A DNA stretch of 64,000 bases, from IMG/VR virus record IMGVR_UViG_3300045125_000170, positions 2,464-66,463 of that record; one strand, 5' to 3'. Positions within the stretch are counted from its first letter, which is position 1. Every line of letters starts with the position of its first letter. A program made the position numbers and the translations under genes. A model generated the notes under the pieces. That model saw nothing but the letters and a program-made list of their open reading frames with translations. It searched no databases and had not been told where the DNA came from. This document shows positions 20,870-32,637 of this stretch, one piece after another. This DNA comes from a virus.

Positions 20870-22612
20870 ATGTATTATTTTGCTGAAGTAATCAAAAAGA
20901 AAGACAGATGCGAATTAACAAAAACAAATTACAGCAACATTTCGCGAGATGTTGCGTTAGCTGTTTTAAGCCAGGGACTAGCTGGCAATCTTCCTGACGC
21001 TGTTGTATTTAGAGAAGTTAAAGATAACACTATCTGTTATCGAATAGAAGCTCCACAATCTAGCTGGGATGAGTGGACATGAAATACGCAATTATTGCTA
21101 ATGATAGACTGGTGGAATCCAGCCCAGGAATAGATTATCGTTTAGCTAAAGCAGCATTATCTTTAGCTAAAGCTGGTAGACTCCCAAACAGTCGATTCAA
21201 AAAACAACAAGAACGCTTTATCTTAGAAGCTGTTGACTCTACCTGGATACAAGTTAAGCACTATCTCAGAAACAGGAAAGATCCAAATTTTGAGGGAGTT
21301 TGGATAGAGTAACATTAATGCCCAGCTTAGACTGGGTATTCATTATGGAATACGTTGAAATAATCAAATCTAGTGGCAAAATAGTTAATGGGACAATTGA
21401 TTTAAATGAGCAAATTACTACAGTACTGCTTAACTTAATTGCAGATAATAGTAGTGGTAAATTGCACACAGAGTATGGAATGTTTTTAATTTTTGAGTCA
21501 GCCTATATTAGGCAAGATCTGCTTTACATTGAAAACAACAAGTTACAGATGAGAAATGCTGAAGCAAGTTATTTTGTTTTAGCTGATAAAAAAACATGGA
21601 ATGAAGTAAAGGAGCTACACAAATGTTGACTTGGAGACAAGAAATTGAAAGGCTTTATAAAACAATCCCTTCTACTCCTAATATGGAGTTTTATGATTTT
21701 GATTGGAAAAAATGCAGAATTAGAGATAAATTTTCTGTATTAGATACTTACGAATTTGCTCCTTTTGTAGTAGATTTTTCTTATTTAAGATTTATGCCAG
21801 AAAAGTTGAATAATCCTTCTTTTTTGTTTCCTTTTAAAGGGCAAACAAGATTAGATAAAACAAGGATTGTAGCATGTAGATATGGCGTATTTGGGCAAGC
21901 AATAGAATTTTTGTAAAATGTACAAAGAAATTATTAGGAATGGGAAAAACATTTGGTGTTGGATATTAAACACTCCACTAGTTACTTGGGTTGAATTAGA
22001 AACATAGACTATTCAAGGAGAAGCTCAATTTTATTGGCTAGCTACTAATAACTTTTGGGAAGAATTCGTTGAAGCTAATAATCTGGAAAATACTCCAGTC
22101 ACTATTTACGTTGAGGAGGATTTAATCAATGCTAATGAACTTGATTTTAATTATGAGGTTACTGTTAGCATTGATAACTATCCTCAACATATTATTAGCT
22201 CTTTTAACCATTTTATTAACAATAAATGGGATAGATTAAGCTACTCAACAATATACGAGCTGTATGATCAAAGATGTCTATGCTGTGACTACGAGCCAAC
22301 AACATGAAAATTGAATCACAAGATCCAAGTATGTACTCAATTATAGATTGGATAGAATCTTCTAATCAATGGGAAGCATTTGTACAAACTAATGCTTTTC
22401 CTAAAAAACTCTTAGAACAAGCAAGCAAAGCTAAATTTGTCCTTGTTTCTCCAGTGGGAGATGTGCTAATTCCAGACGAATACCAGGAAGAACAGCAGCA
22501 TATCTGGCATATTGAGTTACATCTAGATACGTGCAATTACAGCACTTTACTAGATATTGAGATTGCTTTTAATGATTTTGTTCAAGAAAACTGGGAGTCT
22601 AGAAACTACTAA
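20870..22612 (+). CDS. Operon of small hypothetical proteins (20870-21082, 21079-21312, 21300-21629, 21623-21916, about 21918-22300, 22304-22612)
   Basis: Tightly coupled ORFs; GGAG RBS at the first; terminator AACCTAGC..GCTAGGTTTTTT near 22637-22663. Confidence 0.6.
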
Positions 22613-22772
22613 CAACAACTTGTGTGACATTAACTAACCTAGCCTGCAAAGCTAGGTTTTTTAGTATGCATGTATTAAGTAAATATTTCTAAAAAAATAA
22701 CAGAGTTGGCTGCGATTCACGCCCTTCCCTGCTATAATGATTTTTATCAAAACTATCTAGAGCTATTATAGC

Positions 22773-23983
22773 ATGAATTATTCTTCATATCCAACTCGGA
22801 CAATTATTTATTCGCCAGAATTATCCAGAGAGTTCGGGGCAGTCACCGCTTCAATACTTTACCAGCAATTAAATTACTGGTTTTCTAAGAAGAAACAGTT
22901 CTTCAAGTATTTAGCTCCTCCAGCTGAACCAGACATTGACAAAACGCCACACTACAAAACTGGCGATAGCTGGACAGAGGAATTAGGCTTTAGCATACAT
23001 GAGTTTAGAAGTGCTTTTGATAAGATGGGTATTCGTTATAATTCTTTAGCTAAATATAAGAAAGCTAAAGATAACAATACTGTCTTTAACAAAGATGGTA
23101 AACAATATTTATTTGCATCATTTATAGATAAGCGTAATAACTTAACTTATTACGTTAAGAACTGGGACTACGATAAAGAGTTCCAGCAAAGAGTGTTTGG
23201 AATTGATGTGGATAAGTTGCCATCTGATGAAGTTATTGAAGATACCAAGCGTAAAAGCGCTGGGAACGCTAAAACAACACTTTCGCGAGGTAAAAACACT
23301 TTCGTTCGCGATGTTGAAAAAATCAATCTCCCAGATCCACTAGATGACAGAGAAGAAAAGAATAAATATAAAGAGCAGAATGAAGAAATTTCTTCTTTGG
23401 ACAAAATTCCAGAAATCAAGAAAGAAACGGAAAATCCCTCCGTTGGGGAAATTAAACAAGCGCCGCCCGCCCCCGCGTCTTGTCAAGGCGCTAAGAGTGG
23501 ATTGAGTAATGTGCTGCATCGTCCGAAGCATACATTTAAAGGAACAGCAATTAGCGTGTCATCGGATGCATGGATGGTTGGGCAAAATCCTAATCGTGAT
23601 TTTGTAAACTGGCTTCTTCAAGAAAAAATAAAGGAAAATCCTAACAGTGATTACAATAAGTTGCCTAATATTGTGGCTGAGATTAAAAATGACTGTTATA
23701 GAGCAGATGGATATTGGGTTGCTTATCAAAACTTTTTGCAGGGCAAAAATTAGCTGAGGAAAGAGCTGAGCGAATTAAAGCAGCTAAGATTCAAGAAGAA
23801 AGAGAAGCAGAAATTTTAAAGGCACAAGCTGAATGGGAGTTAGTTCAAGAAGCTGAAATGTGCGGAATGTCTTTGGACGAGTACAGAGATTATAAGTCCC
23901 AAAAACAGATAGAAGAAACAGAAAATACGTTAAAGCAGTTGCATCAAAGACTTAAAGAGAATGCCAAAAAATCTTTACTTTAA
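22773..23983 (+). CDS. Phage replication initiator (lambda O / replisome-organizer type); probable frameshift joins 23714-23983
   Basis: ASILYQQLNYWF..FFKYL..GDSWTEELGFS..EFRSAFDK; low-complexity centre; lies upstream of dnaB. Confidence 0.7.
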
Positions 23984-24050
23984 GAGAGTTATTGACATTT
24001 ACTAGTTTTTCTTTTAATATGTTTTTGTACCGTGTTTACCAATAGCCATC

Positions 24051-25350
24051 ATGGAAATTGAAAATAGCTTTAATTTAGAAGCAGAAAAAATCTGCTTATC
24101 CCACTTGATGACGTGTGGGGAATTTGAATTATTAGACTTGAAAGAAGATGACTTCTTTCTAGAAACACATCGAATTGTGTTCCAAGTCATTTTTGCTTTG
24201 TATGACATGGGACGTGAATATAAGTTTATTGACGTTATTGATTTTTTAGAAAACCATAAGGCTAATAAGTTAAAAGAGCCAAAAAAATTATTGCTGAGTT
24301 AATGGATACGGCATATTTTGAGACTGAAAGCAGTTTGCAGATTATCAAAGACAGATCTGTAAGACGCAAATTAGCGTCTGCTTCTGCTCAAATAGAGCGT
24401 GCTACAGCTAATCTGACTTTGACTCCAGAGGAAATATTAGGTAATGCACAAGATGCGTTATTTAATATAGAGAAAAATGTAGTAGGGGAACGCTACAAAA
24501 TTTCCTCTGCTCAAGAATTAGCAGTATCGTTTTTTGAGGCGATTACTGCACCTAAACAAAAGCTGCCTAACTTAGGGTGGTACGCATTGGATAACATTTT
24601 GAATGGTATTCGTCCTTGCTTATATTTAGTGGCTGGTGGCACAGGCATGGGCAAAACATCATTTATGATGGCAATGGCTAAGCAGTTGATGACGAATCAC
24701 AATTTACCAGTCATTTATTTTACTCCAGAGATGACTGCTCATCAATTAACTTTACGGATGATTGGCAGTCTTTCTGGTATTAATTATGCTGAAATTGAGA
24801 AGATTGGACTTAAATCAACAAGATTCTCGATGGAGTGTATTAAGTACTGCTATTAATGATTATAGCAACTTTACCTTTTTATATCAACGATAATGCTACA
24901 CCTACTATGGGCATTATTGAGTCTGATATTCGTAAAGTATTAGCAAAGACACCTGATAATAAAGCTGTTATTTTTATTGACTATTTACAACAATTACCAC
25001 CAGTTGGGAGGGATGGTGATTCAGCTTCTGAGTTGGGAAGACGCATGCAAATGCTAGATAATATTGCCAAAAAGTTTCAACTTCCTATGTTTGTTGGTTG
25101 TCAGATTAACAGGGCTAATGCCCAAACTAATGAAAAGCGTCCAGATCTTAATTCTATTCGTGGTAGTGGAGAGATTTGCGAGAAATCAGCTGTAGTCCTG
25201 GGACTGCATCGTCCAGGTTATTATACAAGGGATTATACAGATAATTCTTTTGAGGTAATAGTACTAAAAAACAGGTGGGGACGGATGGATGAAACAGCTT
25301 ATTTCAGATGTGATTTAGGTATATCAAAATTTGAGGATACATCTGTATGA
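24051..25350 (+). CDS. dnaB: Replicative DNA helicase (three frameshifted fragments)
   Basis: EAEK..L..FFLETHRIVF; AGGTGMGKT; FTPEM; IFIDYLQ; QINR; RGSGEICEKS; KNRWG. Confidence 0.95.
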
Positions 25351-25727
25351 TGCAACCAATACTAGTTGCATTTACACCTAGTAATGTTCGCCGGATATTT
25401 TCCGGCAACAAAAAAATAGAGTTAAGGAAATATGCACCTCCCTCTAACTTAATTGTCATCTTTGAGAAACGTCCAATGATGGCAATTGTTGGTAAATGTA
25501 AAGTTTCCAAGATAGTCGAAGGAGATGCTGATTATTGGTGTAAACACAGTGATAAAACATGCATGTCCGCAAAGGAAATAAGAGATTATTTGGAAGATAA
25601 AAAAGGATATGGATGGTATTTATCTGATGTTAAATTAACGCATCAAATACCTTTTAATATGTTGAACTTAAAAGCAATACCTAGTCGTTTTATCTATGTC
25701 CCTTTTAATTGGTTTTACCAGTATTAA
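25347..25727 (+). CDS. ASCH domain protein
   Basis: RRIFSGNKKIELRK (GxKxxExR); ATGA overlap with dnaB. Confidence 0.8.
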   Translation: MMQPILVAFTPSNVRRIFSGNKKIELRKYAPPSNLIVIFEKRPMMAIVGKCKVSKIVEGDADYWCKHSDKTCMSAKEIRDYLEDKKGYGWYLSDVKLTHQIPFNMLNLKAIPSRFIYVPFNWFYQY

Positions 25728-25791
25728 AAAATGCAACGGTTACAACTTGCATTTTTAATATTAGAATATTGTCAAGGCATTTATAGTTATT

Positions 25792-26052
25792 ATGGACACA
25801 GAAAAAGAAGCACGCAAAAAAGCACAGGCAGCTTACTATCAACGTAGGAAAGCTGGATATAAAACTAGTCGTTGCACTATTTGTAACGCTAGATTAAAAA
25901 TAGATTCCAAGCATTCCCCAATATGCTGGAGCTGTTGGTACAAAACTCCGGAAGGGAGATTGTATTTAAAGCAGAAACAGAAAGATTGCAGGGCTAAGAA
26001 GAAACAATTAATAAAGTTATTGACAAATAATCTTAGTTCTGTTATTATTTAG
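25792..26052 (+). CDS. Basic Zn-finger protein
   Basis: CTIC...CWSC. Confidence 0.55.
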   Translation: MDTEKEARKKAQAAYYQRRKAGYKTSRCTICNARLKIDSKHSPICWSCWYKTPEGRLYLKQKQKDCRAKKKQLIKLLTNNLSSVII

Positions 26053-26073
26053 AAAGAGTTACTAGGAGACGAC

Positions 26074-26687
26074 ATGAAGGAATTAATTACAGCTTTAGCT
26101 AAAGCAAAAATGAGATTTCACCCACTGAAAAAGAGTGGGTATAATAAGTTTTCGAATTACCACTACGCTACTTTGGATGATGTTATTACATCCACTGTTG
26201 AGGCATTAAGTGAAAACGGGTTAGTATATATTTTTACCCTTGAAGGGGAAAGACTTATATTAACTCTTTGGCATGAATCCGGGGAGTCATTAATTAGCTC
26301 CACCACTCTTGTGGTAGAGAAGACAAAAAGCAGGGATGGTAAAGAGCAGTCTCATTCCCATGCGTGGGGAGCTGCAATCACATATAGTAAAAGTACCTTC
26401 TGGCTGCAATGCTGGGTGTAGCAGCAGAGGAAGATGATGACAATGACGTTTATGTTGCACCTGCGTCTGTTTCTCCTTCTGTTTCTGCTAAGTTACTTTC
26501 TGAGGAACAAATAGCCAAATTAATGGCTGTAGCTCCATTAGACAGTAATGGAGAAGTTTCGGAGAGACTTAAAATAGCCATTACGGCTAAAAGTGGAGCT
26601 AAAACAAAGATTAAAAACTTATCGGAAATACCGCCAGAAAAGTATGAAGTCATACTTAACTGGCTACCCACAGTTAAGCTAGAGTAA
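26074..26687 (+). CDS. ERF-family ssDNA-annealing protein (frameshifted)
   Basis: ALAKAK..YATLDDVI..ALSENGL..LWHESGE..WGAAITY..LGVAAEEDDD. Confidence 0.85.
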
Positions 26688-26690
26688 TTA

Positions 26691-26721
26691 AAAAGCCAGG
26701 AGTCAATCCTGGCTTTTTAAT
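26691..26721. terminator. Bidirectional terminator between the ERF gene and dnaN
   Basis: AAAAAGCCAGGA-gtcaa-TCCTGGCTTTTT. Confidence 0.8.
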
Positions 26722-27830
26722 TTAGTTTCTTAATTGAATAGGCATTAGTAATCGCAAGTTACTTACACCACTGCCTAGTTGTGAAATAATCAACGGAGTT
26801 AAAGCTTCGTTGATTTTAATTTGCACATGCTCCCCATTTAGAGATTTTAGTGCTTCTAAAGCATATCTAGCTTTTAAGCAAACAACTATTGGTTCTCCAG
26901 AGAATTCGCAATTAATAGTATCAACAGCGCTGCCTACCTCTCTGTTTTCAGTTGTTAATTCAAGTTTTTGCTCATCCGGTATAAAAGACAATTTTACGAT
27001 ATTTTCTTTGGCATCAGACATTGGATTAACTCGCTCTATTGTTTCTATTAATTCTTTCCTGGATATGCAGCAATCCCTTGAAAATTGCTTTGGTATTAAA
27101 CTCCAATAACTTGGATATTGTCCAACTAAAGTTCTAAAAGCAACGACAATATTATCGGAGTGAATTATTGCAATTGTGTCCGAAGTTGTTAGTTGAAAAT
27201 CACTAGAAGACTTGATTATTTTTGTTAATTCCTGTAGCACTTTAGCTGGAATAGTACACTCTTCAATTTTATCTTCACTTTCGTAAGAATATATAGAAAG
27301 TCTATGTCCATCTGTTGCGGCTAAACTGATTCCGTTATCGGCAAGTGACTTAAAGTTGACTCCTGTTAAAACTTGTTTAGTCTCATCTGAGGAAGCTGAA
27401 AATAATACAGCTTTTAATCCTTCTAGTAGTTTTTCAGCAGACAAATTAGTTTGTTTGCTTTCTGCGTCTAATTGAGGGAAATTCTGGATATTCTACTGAA
27501 GAAATACCATTTATTTTGAATTTACCAGTTTTGTGTTTTACAGTTAAAGTTGTGTCATCTAACTTAACTTCTAAATCACAATTAGGTATTTTGTTGACAC
27601 TATCTACCAGTGCTTTAGCTGGTATGCAAAACGAGCCTTGTTGGCTTATTGTTGCTGGTATTGATATTTTTATCCACAAAGACAAGTCACTTGCTGTTAT
27701 AACAAGTGCATCTTCTTTCGCTTCTAGCAAAAAAGTTGTTAGAATATTATGGGCGGGACGAGATGCAGATTGCTCTAAATGCTTGATTTACTGCTTGTGA
27801 TAACGCTGATTGCTTTACGGAAAATTTCAT
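26722..27830 (-). CDS. dnaN: DNA polymerase III beta sliding clamp (frameshifted)
   Basis: ITASDLSL; FCIPAK; EYPEFP; SDETKQVLTGV; ATDGHRL; GQYPSY; LLMPIQLRN. Confidence 0.95.
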
Positions 27831-27863
27831 AACACACTCTCGGTATTGTAGTATTTTTATTAT

Positions 27864-29368
27864 ATGCTAGAAGTCAAGTTAAATCCAAAATTTAAAACAA
27901 AAATTAAACAAAGAACAGTTGATGTTTTAACTCAAGATGGACGCGCTCAATCATTTGAGAATTTTTACCAAGTTCCAGCTAATTATGGTGATTTCTTAGA
28001 AGAATGCTGTCGTATTAGATCTGGTAATAAATTTATTCCTTTCGCTCCTTTTGAGTACCAAAAAGTTGTAAGTGATTTGATAGACAAATATCGCGGTATA
28101 ATGATTTTTAAAACACGACAGTTAGGATTAACTGAGTGTATTTCTGCTAAGTTTTTGCACAAAGCATTATTAAATCCTGCTTATGCTGCCGCTGTGTTGT
28201 CGCTAGGACAAAAAGAATCTTCTAATATTGCAGTTAGAATACAGTCAATGCCAGCTAATATCAAAGAACTTAAATTTTTAACTAAATCTAAGACAGAAAT
28301 TCATTTTCAAAATGCTGGTAAAATATGGTTTCGTCCAGCTACAGATAACGCTACACGCTCATTAGAATCTGTTTCTGATATATTTTACGACGAAGCTGCT
28401 TTTCCTCCTAATTTTGCTGAAATATATGCATCTTCTACCCCATCTCAAGAAGCAGTTGGTGAGAATGCCAGAACTATTATGGCAACTACAATGTCCCAAT
28501 TAGGCAAGCTAAGCACTTTTTGGCAAATGTTTGATTCTGCTAATCCAGTAGATGCAGAAGAGTTAATAGAAAAAATTAAAGCAGGTAAAGAAGAGCCATG
28601 TTATTGGTGGGTAGATAACAACGGTTGGGCAAAAGTAATCATCCACTGGAAGGCTCATCCAATTTACAGTAATGTCCCTGACTTCTTACAAAAAACTAAA
28701 GATAAACATAAGCTGACAGATGATGCTTTAAATAGAGAATATAATCTTGGTATTCCTGATTCAGGTGGTGCATTATTTAGTTCTGAAGATGTATTTAAAT
28801 GTGCTGTTGGTAGTTGGGCTTTACCTGATAAAGATAAGCATTACATGGCTGCGTTAGATCCAAATTTTGGTGGTACAGATTATTGGGAATATTTAATAAT
28901 TGACATTACAGATTATCCATATCAAGTAGTGGCTGAATACAGAGAAAATGATAGACAATCTTTGTTTTGTATAGAAAAAACGTTGCAATTATCTGATGCT
29001 TATAATCCTGTTTTAACTGTAGTAGAACACAACTCGGGAGGTGCCATTATTGCTGCGGAAATAACTAAACAACGTCCTAGCTTAGCAGTTGAAACAGTTG
29101 CTACTACTAATACTTCTAAAGTTGTTAATACAGATAGATTGGCATTAGCTTTGGAAAAAGAGAAGTTATATTTCCAGCTAATTGGGCTGGGATTCATGAA
29201 TTTAAGAGTTTTTCCTTGCAAACTAGAAGTGCAATGCATGGGCATGATGATTGTATTATGTGTCTAAGCATTGCTTTTGCTAGATTAGAACTTGCTTTAA
29301 GAAGACGTGGTGGAGCATTAACAGGAGATTTAGGAACTGTTGCTAGAACAAAATCCAGATTTAGGTAA
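27864..29368 (+). CDS. terL: Terminase large subunit
   Basis: IFKTRQLGLTE, IFYDEAAF, REYN, nuclease-domain ALDPN..D. Confidence 0.9.
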
Positions 29369-29447
29369 AAACTAGTATCATAAATTTATCAATTAATATA
29401 TTAGGAAATATTAAGATTTAGAATAAAGTATAGATTAATTTATTTTT

Positions 29448-30731
29448 ATGCCAAATTACGGAAAAATCTTTAATAAAATATGGCAATTTTTTAAACGTTC
29501 TAGCTCTTCTGATTTAGAGGGATATAGACAATCGGTTATCTATCCAGCTATTCAGTTTAAGGCTAATTACGACTTGCCAGAAACTCCAATTCGCCCAGTA
29601 CATGGTGATTTGAACATTTCTTATGATTTATTAGAAATGTACTATTGGAGTTACGAATATCGTCATGCTATAGATGCTATCGCTTCCGATTGCTTTCAAG
29701 AAGTTGAAGGGCAAGTGTCTAGTTGGTATGTTTGTGAAACGTTATCAGATGGCACTAAGGCTGCTCCTGAAGTATTGGAAGTAGCTAGAGAATTGTCTGC
29801 TGCACGATGTGGTAAAGATTTAATTTTAGGTGGTGATGTTCTAATACGTGCTGCTGTAGAAGCATTAGCATTTGGGGATAGTTTCTTAGAACTTGGTATT
29901 GGTAAAACTGGATTAAGCAAAGATGACTGGGATATTACTGCTAGTCAATATTTACCTACTTTCTCAATATTTGTTGAAAAATCATCAAATAATGAAACGC
30001 TTAAATATATACAACGTACCAAGCTAATGTCGTCTGAAGATGATTTGGAATTTAATCCAATTAAGATATTGCACTTTAAGTATAAATCTCGCGGTTTATA
30101 TGGCAATTCTATTGGATTCCCATCAATTGAAACATGGAGAAAATTCAAAGATTGTTCTGTGGCATTGGAAACAGCAGCTCGTGATGTTGGTATTACTCCA
30201 TGGTTGCACATTTTACCAGAAGACAAAACAGAACAAGACAGAATTGACTACATGCAACGTCATGAAAGTATGGCTGCATCTGGCATTATCACTAATTTGT
30301 ATTTAATGTCAGGTTCTGATGTGCGTAAAGCTGCCAGCACTTCGGGAGACTCTTTAACTCCTTTAATTGATTATTGGTTAAAGCTGAGATATCAATGCAT
30401 CCCACCAAGAGTACCAGCATGGATATTTCCTGGTTTAGCTGAAGCAAATGGAGCAAAAGATATTCATGGACAACCAGCACTAACTTATAGTCGATTAATT
30501 GGAGAAGTGCGTTCATTAATTGGAGAACAAGTAAGATGGGCAATTTGTGTTAAAATGGTATTGCGATATGGCTACGATTTTTATTTAGCTAATCGTGCAT
30601 TTGATGTTAAATGGCCTAAATGGATGCTAACTCCGAACTCTGAGTACACTCAAGTTATGAGTGAGTTTACTCCACAAGATTCTATTTCTTCACAAGATTT
30701 ACAACTAGAAAAGTACTATGTTAGAAACTAA
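29448..30731 (+). CDS. Portal protein
   Basis: 427 aa directly after terL; ILHFKY..LYGNSI; position and size fit. Confidence 0.75.
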   Translation: MPNYGKIFNKIWQFFKRSSSSDLEGYRQSVIYPAIQFKANYDLPETPIRPVHGDLNISYDLLEMYYWSYEYRHAIDAIASDCFQEVEGQVSSWYVCETLSDGTKAAPEVLEVARELSAARCGKDLILGGDVLIRAAVEALAFGDSFLELGIGKTGLSKDDWDITASQYLPTFSIFVEKSSNNETLKYIQRTKLMSSEDDLEFNPIKILHFKYKSRGLYGNSIGFPSIETWRKFKDCSVALETAARDVGITPWLHILPEDKTEQDRIDYMQRHESMAASGIITNLYLMSGSDVRKAASTSGDSLTPLIDYWLKLRYQCIPPRVPAWIFPGLAEANGAKDIHGQPALTYSRLIGEVRSLIGEQVRWAICVKMVLRYGYDFYLANRAFDVKWPKWMLTPNSEYTQVMSEFTPQDSISSQDLQLEKYYVRN

Positions 30732-30888
30732 TTTTGTTCCTGAAAAATCTGATTTAATCTCTTTACAAGAGTTATTTAAAACAGCTTTACTTAATGATGA
30801 CGACGTTAACGAGTACATTAAAGATTGGAATGAAAATAACACTAAATATAGCGGTTTATTAGAAGCTGAACTTACGCCAGAGGAGTAA
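30718..30888 (+). CDS. Small acidic hypothetical protein
   Basis: 56-aa ORF read manually; its end provides the GGAG RBS of the next gene. Confidence 0.5.
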   Translation: MLETNFVPEKSDLISLQELFKTALLNDDDVNEYIKDWNENNTKYSGLLEAELTPEE

Positions 30889-30889
30889 T

Positions 30890-31585
30890 ATGGCAGACTT
30901 TGCTTTTGATACCAAATCTCAAAGATTTCGTTATACTTCTGGCATTTTTGCTGGTAGATTTGTGTCCAGAGCAGATGTTCAAGAAGTAATAGAAAACAAC
31001 ATTACTAGATTAAAAGGAGATATTAAAACTACTACTCAATTGCTATTAGATAAAAAAATTACTGTAGCAACATGGGAACAAACTATGGCTGAGATTATCA
31101 AAAAAGGTAATACTCAATCTTATTTAGCTGGCAAAGGTGGTAAATTTCAATTTAAACCAAGAGATAAAGGAATTGTAGGCAATAGTTTAGTTGATGAATA
31201 TGCTTATTTAAGGCGTTTCTCTCAAGAGATTAATAGTGGTAATTTATCCCCTGCTCAAATACTAGATAGAGCCAATAAATATGGTGATTCTTTCTATAAA
31301 ACTTACGAGAAAGGAAGGCTAGAATCGCATAAACAAGCAGGTTACAAATGGGAAAAATGGACAGTAGGAGCATATAATAATATATGTCCAGATTGTGTTA
31401 ATTACTCTTTATCTGGTTGGCAAATAATTGGATATTTTCCTCCAATTGGAGTAGCTACAGCATGTAAGATGCGGTGCCGGTGTCACAAAGATTTTGCTAA
31501 TACTTTAGCAAAACCTACAATAGATTTATTTAATCAAAAAAATGGATGGATTAATTATGGAAGTTATGGTAGAAAAACCAGTTAA
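30890..31585 (+). CDS. Head morphogenesis (MuF/gp7-like) protein
   Basis: EYAYLRRFSQEI; C-terminal CPDC...CKMRCRCH. Confidence 0.7.
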   Translation: MADFAFDTKSQRFRYTSGIFAGRFVSRADVQEVIENNITRLKGDIKTTTQLLLDKKITVATWEQTMAEIIKKGNTQSYLAGKGGKFQFKPRDKGIVGNSLVDEYAYLRRFSQEINSGNLSPAQILDRANKYGDSFYKTYEKGRLESHKQAGYKWEKWTVGAYNNICPDCVNYSLSGWQIIGYFPPIGVATACKMRCRCHKDFANTLAKPTIDLFNQKNGWINYGSYGRKTS

Positions 31586-32264
31586 ACGTACTTTGTATAT
31601 GGGTACTCCCACTCCTGAAGATTTAGATAAAATTAAATTTTATACTAAACAAGATTGGGAATACGACGAATGGTGTGTTGTTCCTATTCGAGCTTCTGAT
31701 AATTTAGTTAGCAGAAATTACAAAGTATGGCATGACAATGTTTTAAAGCAAATGCCAAAAGAACTAATTGGTAAAAATCTTATTTATAATCACGAATGGA
31801 ATGAAGTAGAAGAATCTATCGGATTTATATTAGATGCTTTTTTGACTTCTGATTTTCCGGAAGAAAATGCAATTAATAGCGGAGATAGATACCAAAAAAC
31901 ATGTCAATTATTGCAAATAATGGCTATAAATGCGTATATTGCGTAGCTGCTATTCATGCATCAAGAGCTGAAGATATTATGAATATCAAAACAATGCGTG
32001 TTAATAAATGTTCCACTGGTGGTGTTTTATCTGAAGTAAATATTATTTGCCCAAATCGTTCTGCTGAATATGGACGAGATGTTAGCTTTCTTTGAAGTAG
32101 ATAGCAAAGGTAAATACATTTGCCCTCATCAGATACCAGGTGGATACGAATATGATGACGAAGACGAATTAGCTGATTATGCAATATGGGACGGCATTTT
32201 TGAAGGAGTAGAGCTTTCTTTGGTTCTTTGTGGAAATCTTCCTAATGCTCAAATTTTGCATTAA
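31557..32264 (+). CDS. Prohead protease (frameshifted)
   Basis: GKNLIYNHEW; KCSTGG; ELSLVLCGN; follows the portal and MuF genes. Confidence 0.65.
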
Positions 32265-32266
32265 TT

Positions 32267-32635
32267 TCATAAATCTTTTTGTAGTTCTTGTTCTGCAAAA
32301 AGATTTAATTCAGTATTTTCTGTATTTAAATTCTGTATTATCTCTATAAATTCTTCTTCTGATATAACTGTATACTCTACTGGAAGATTTAACTCAGGTA
32401 TAGGTAAAAATACATTACTTTCTGTTGGAATTAAAAATATCCAATAATTTTCAAATTCTTGAATATTTGCCCAAGTAGTAGTTTTAGGCGAATTAGGCAA
32501 TAAATTTCCATTATAATCAACAGATATCAAACCTTCTGGAGATTGCCTTTCTTCTGGAAATAAAGAAAGCAATGTCCTGTTTACGTAATCTAACGCTAAT
32601 TGCGCATCTTGTAAAGAGTTAAATTTGTAATACAT
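32267..32635 (-). CDS. Small fibre-associated protein or chaperone
   Basis: 122-aa ORF ending the fibre operon. Confidence 0.5.
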   Translation of the reverse strand: MYYKFNSLQDAQLALDYVNRTLLSLFPEERQSPEGLISVDYNGNLLPNSPKTTTWANIQEFENYWIFLIPTESNVFLPIPELNLPVEYTVISEEEFIEIIQNLNTENTELNLFAEQELQKDL

Positions 32636-32637
32636 TT

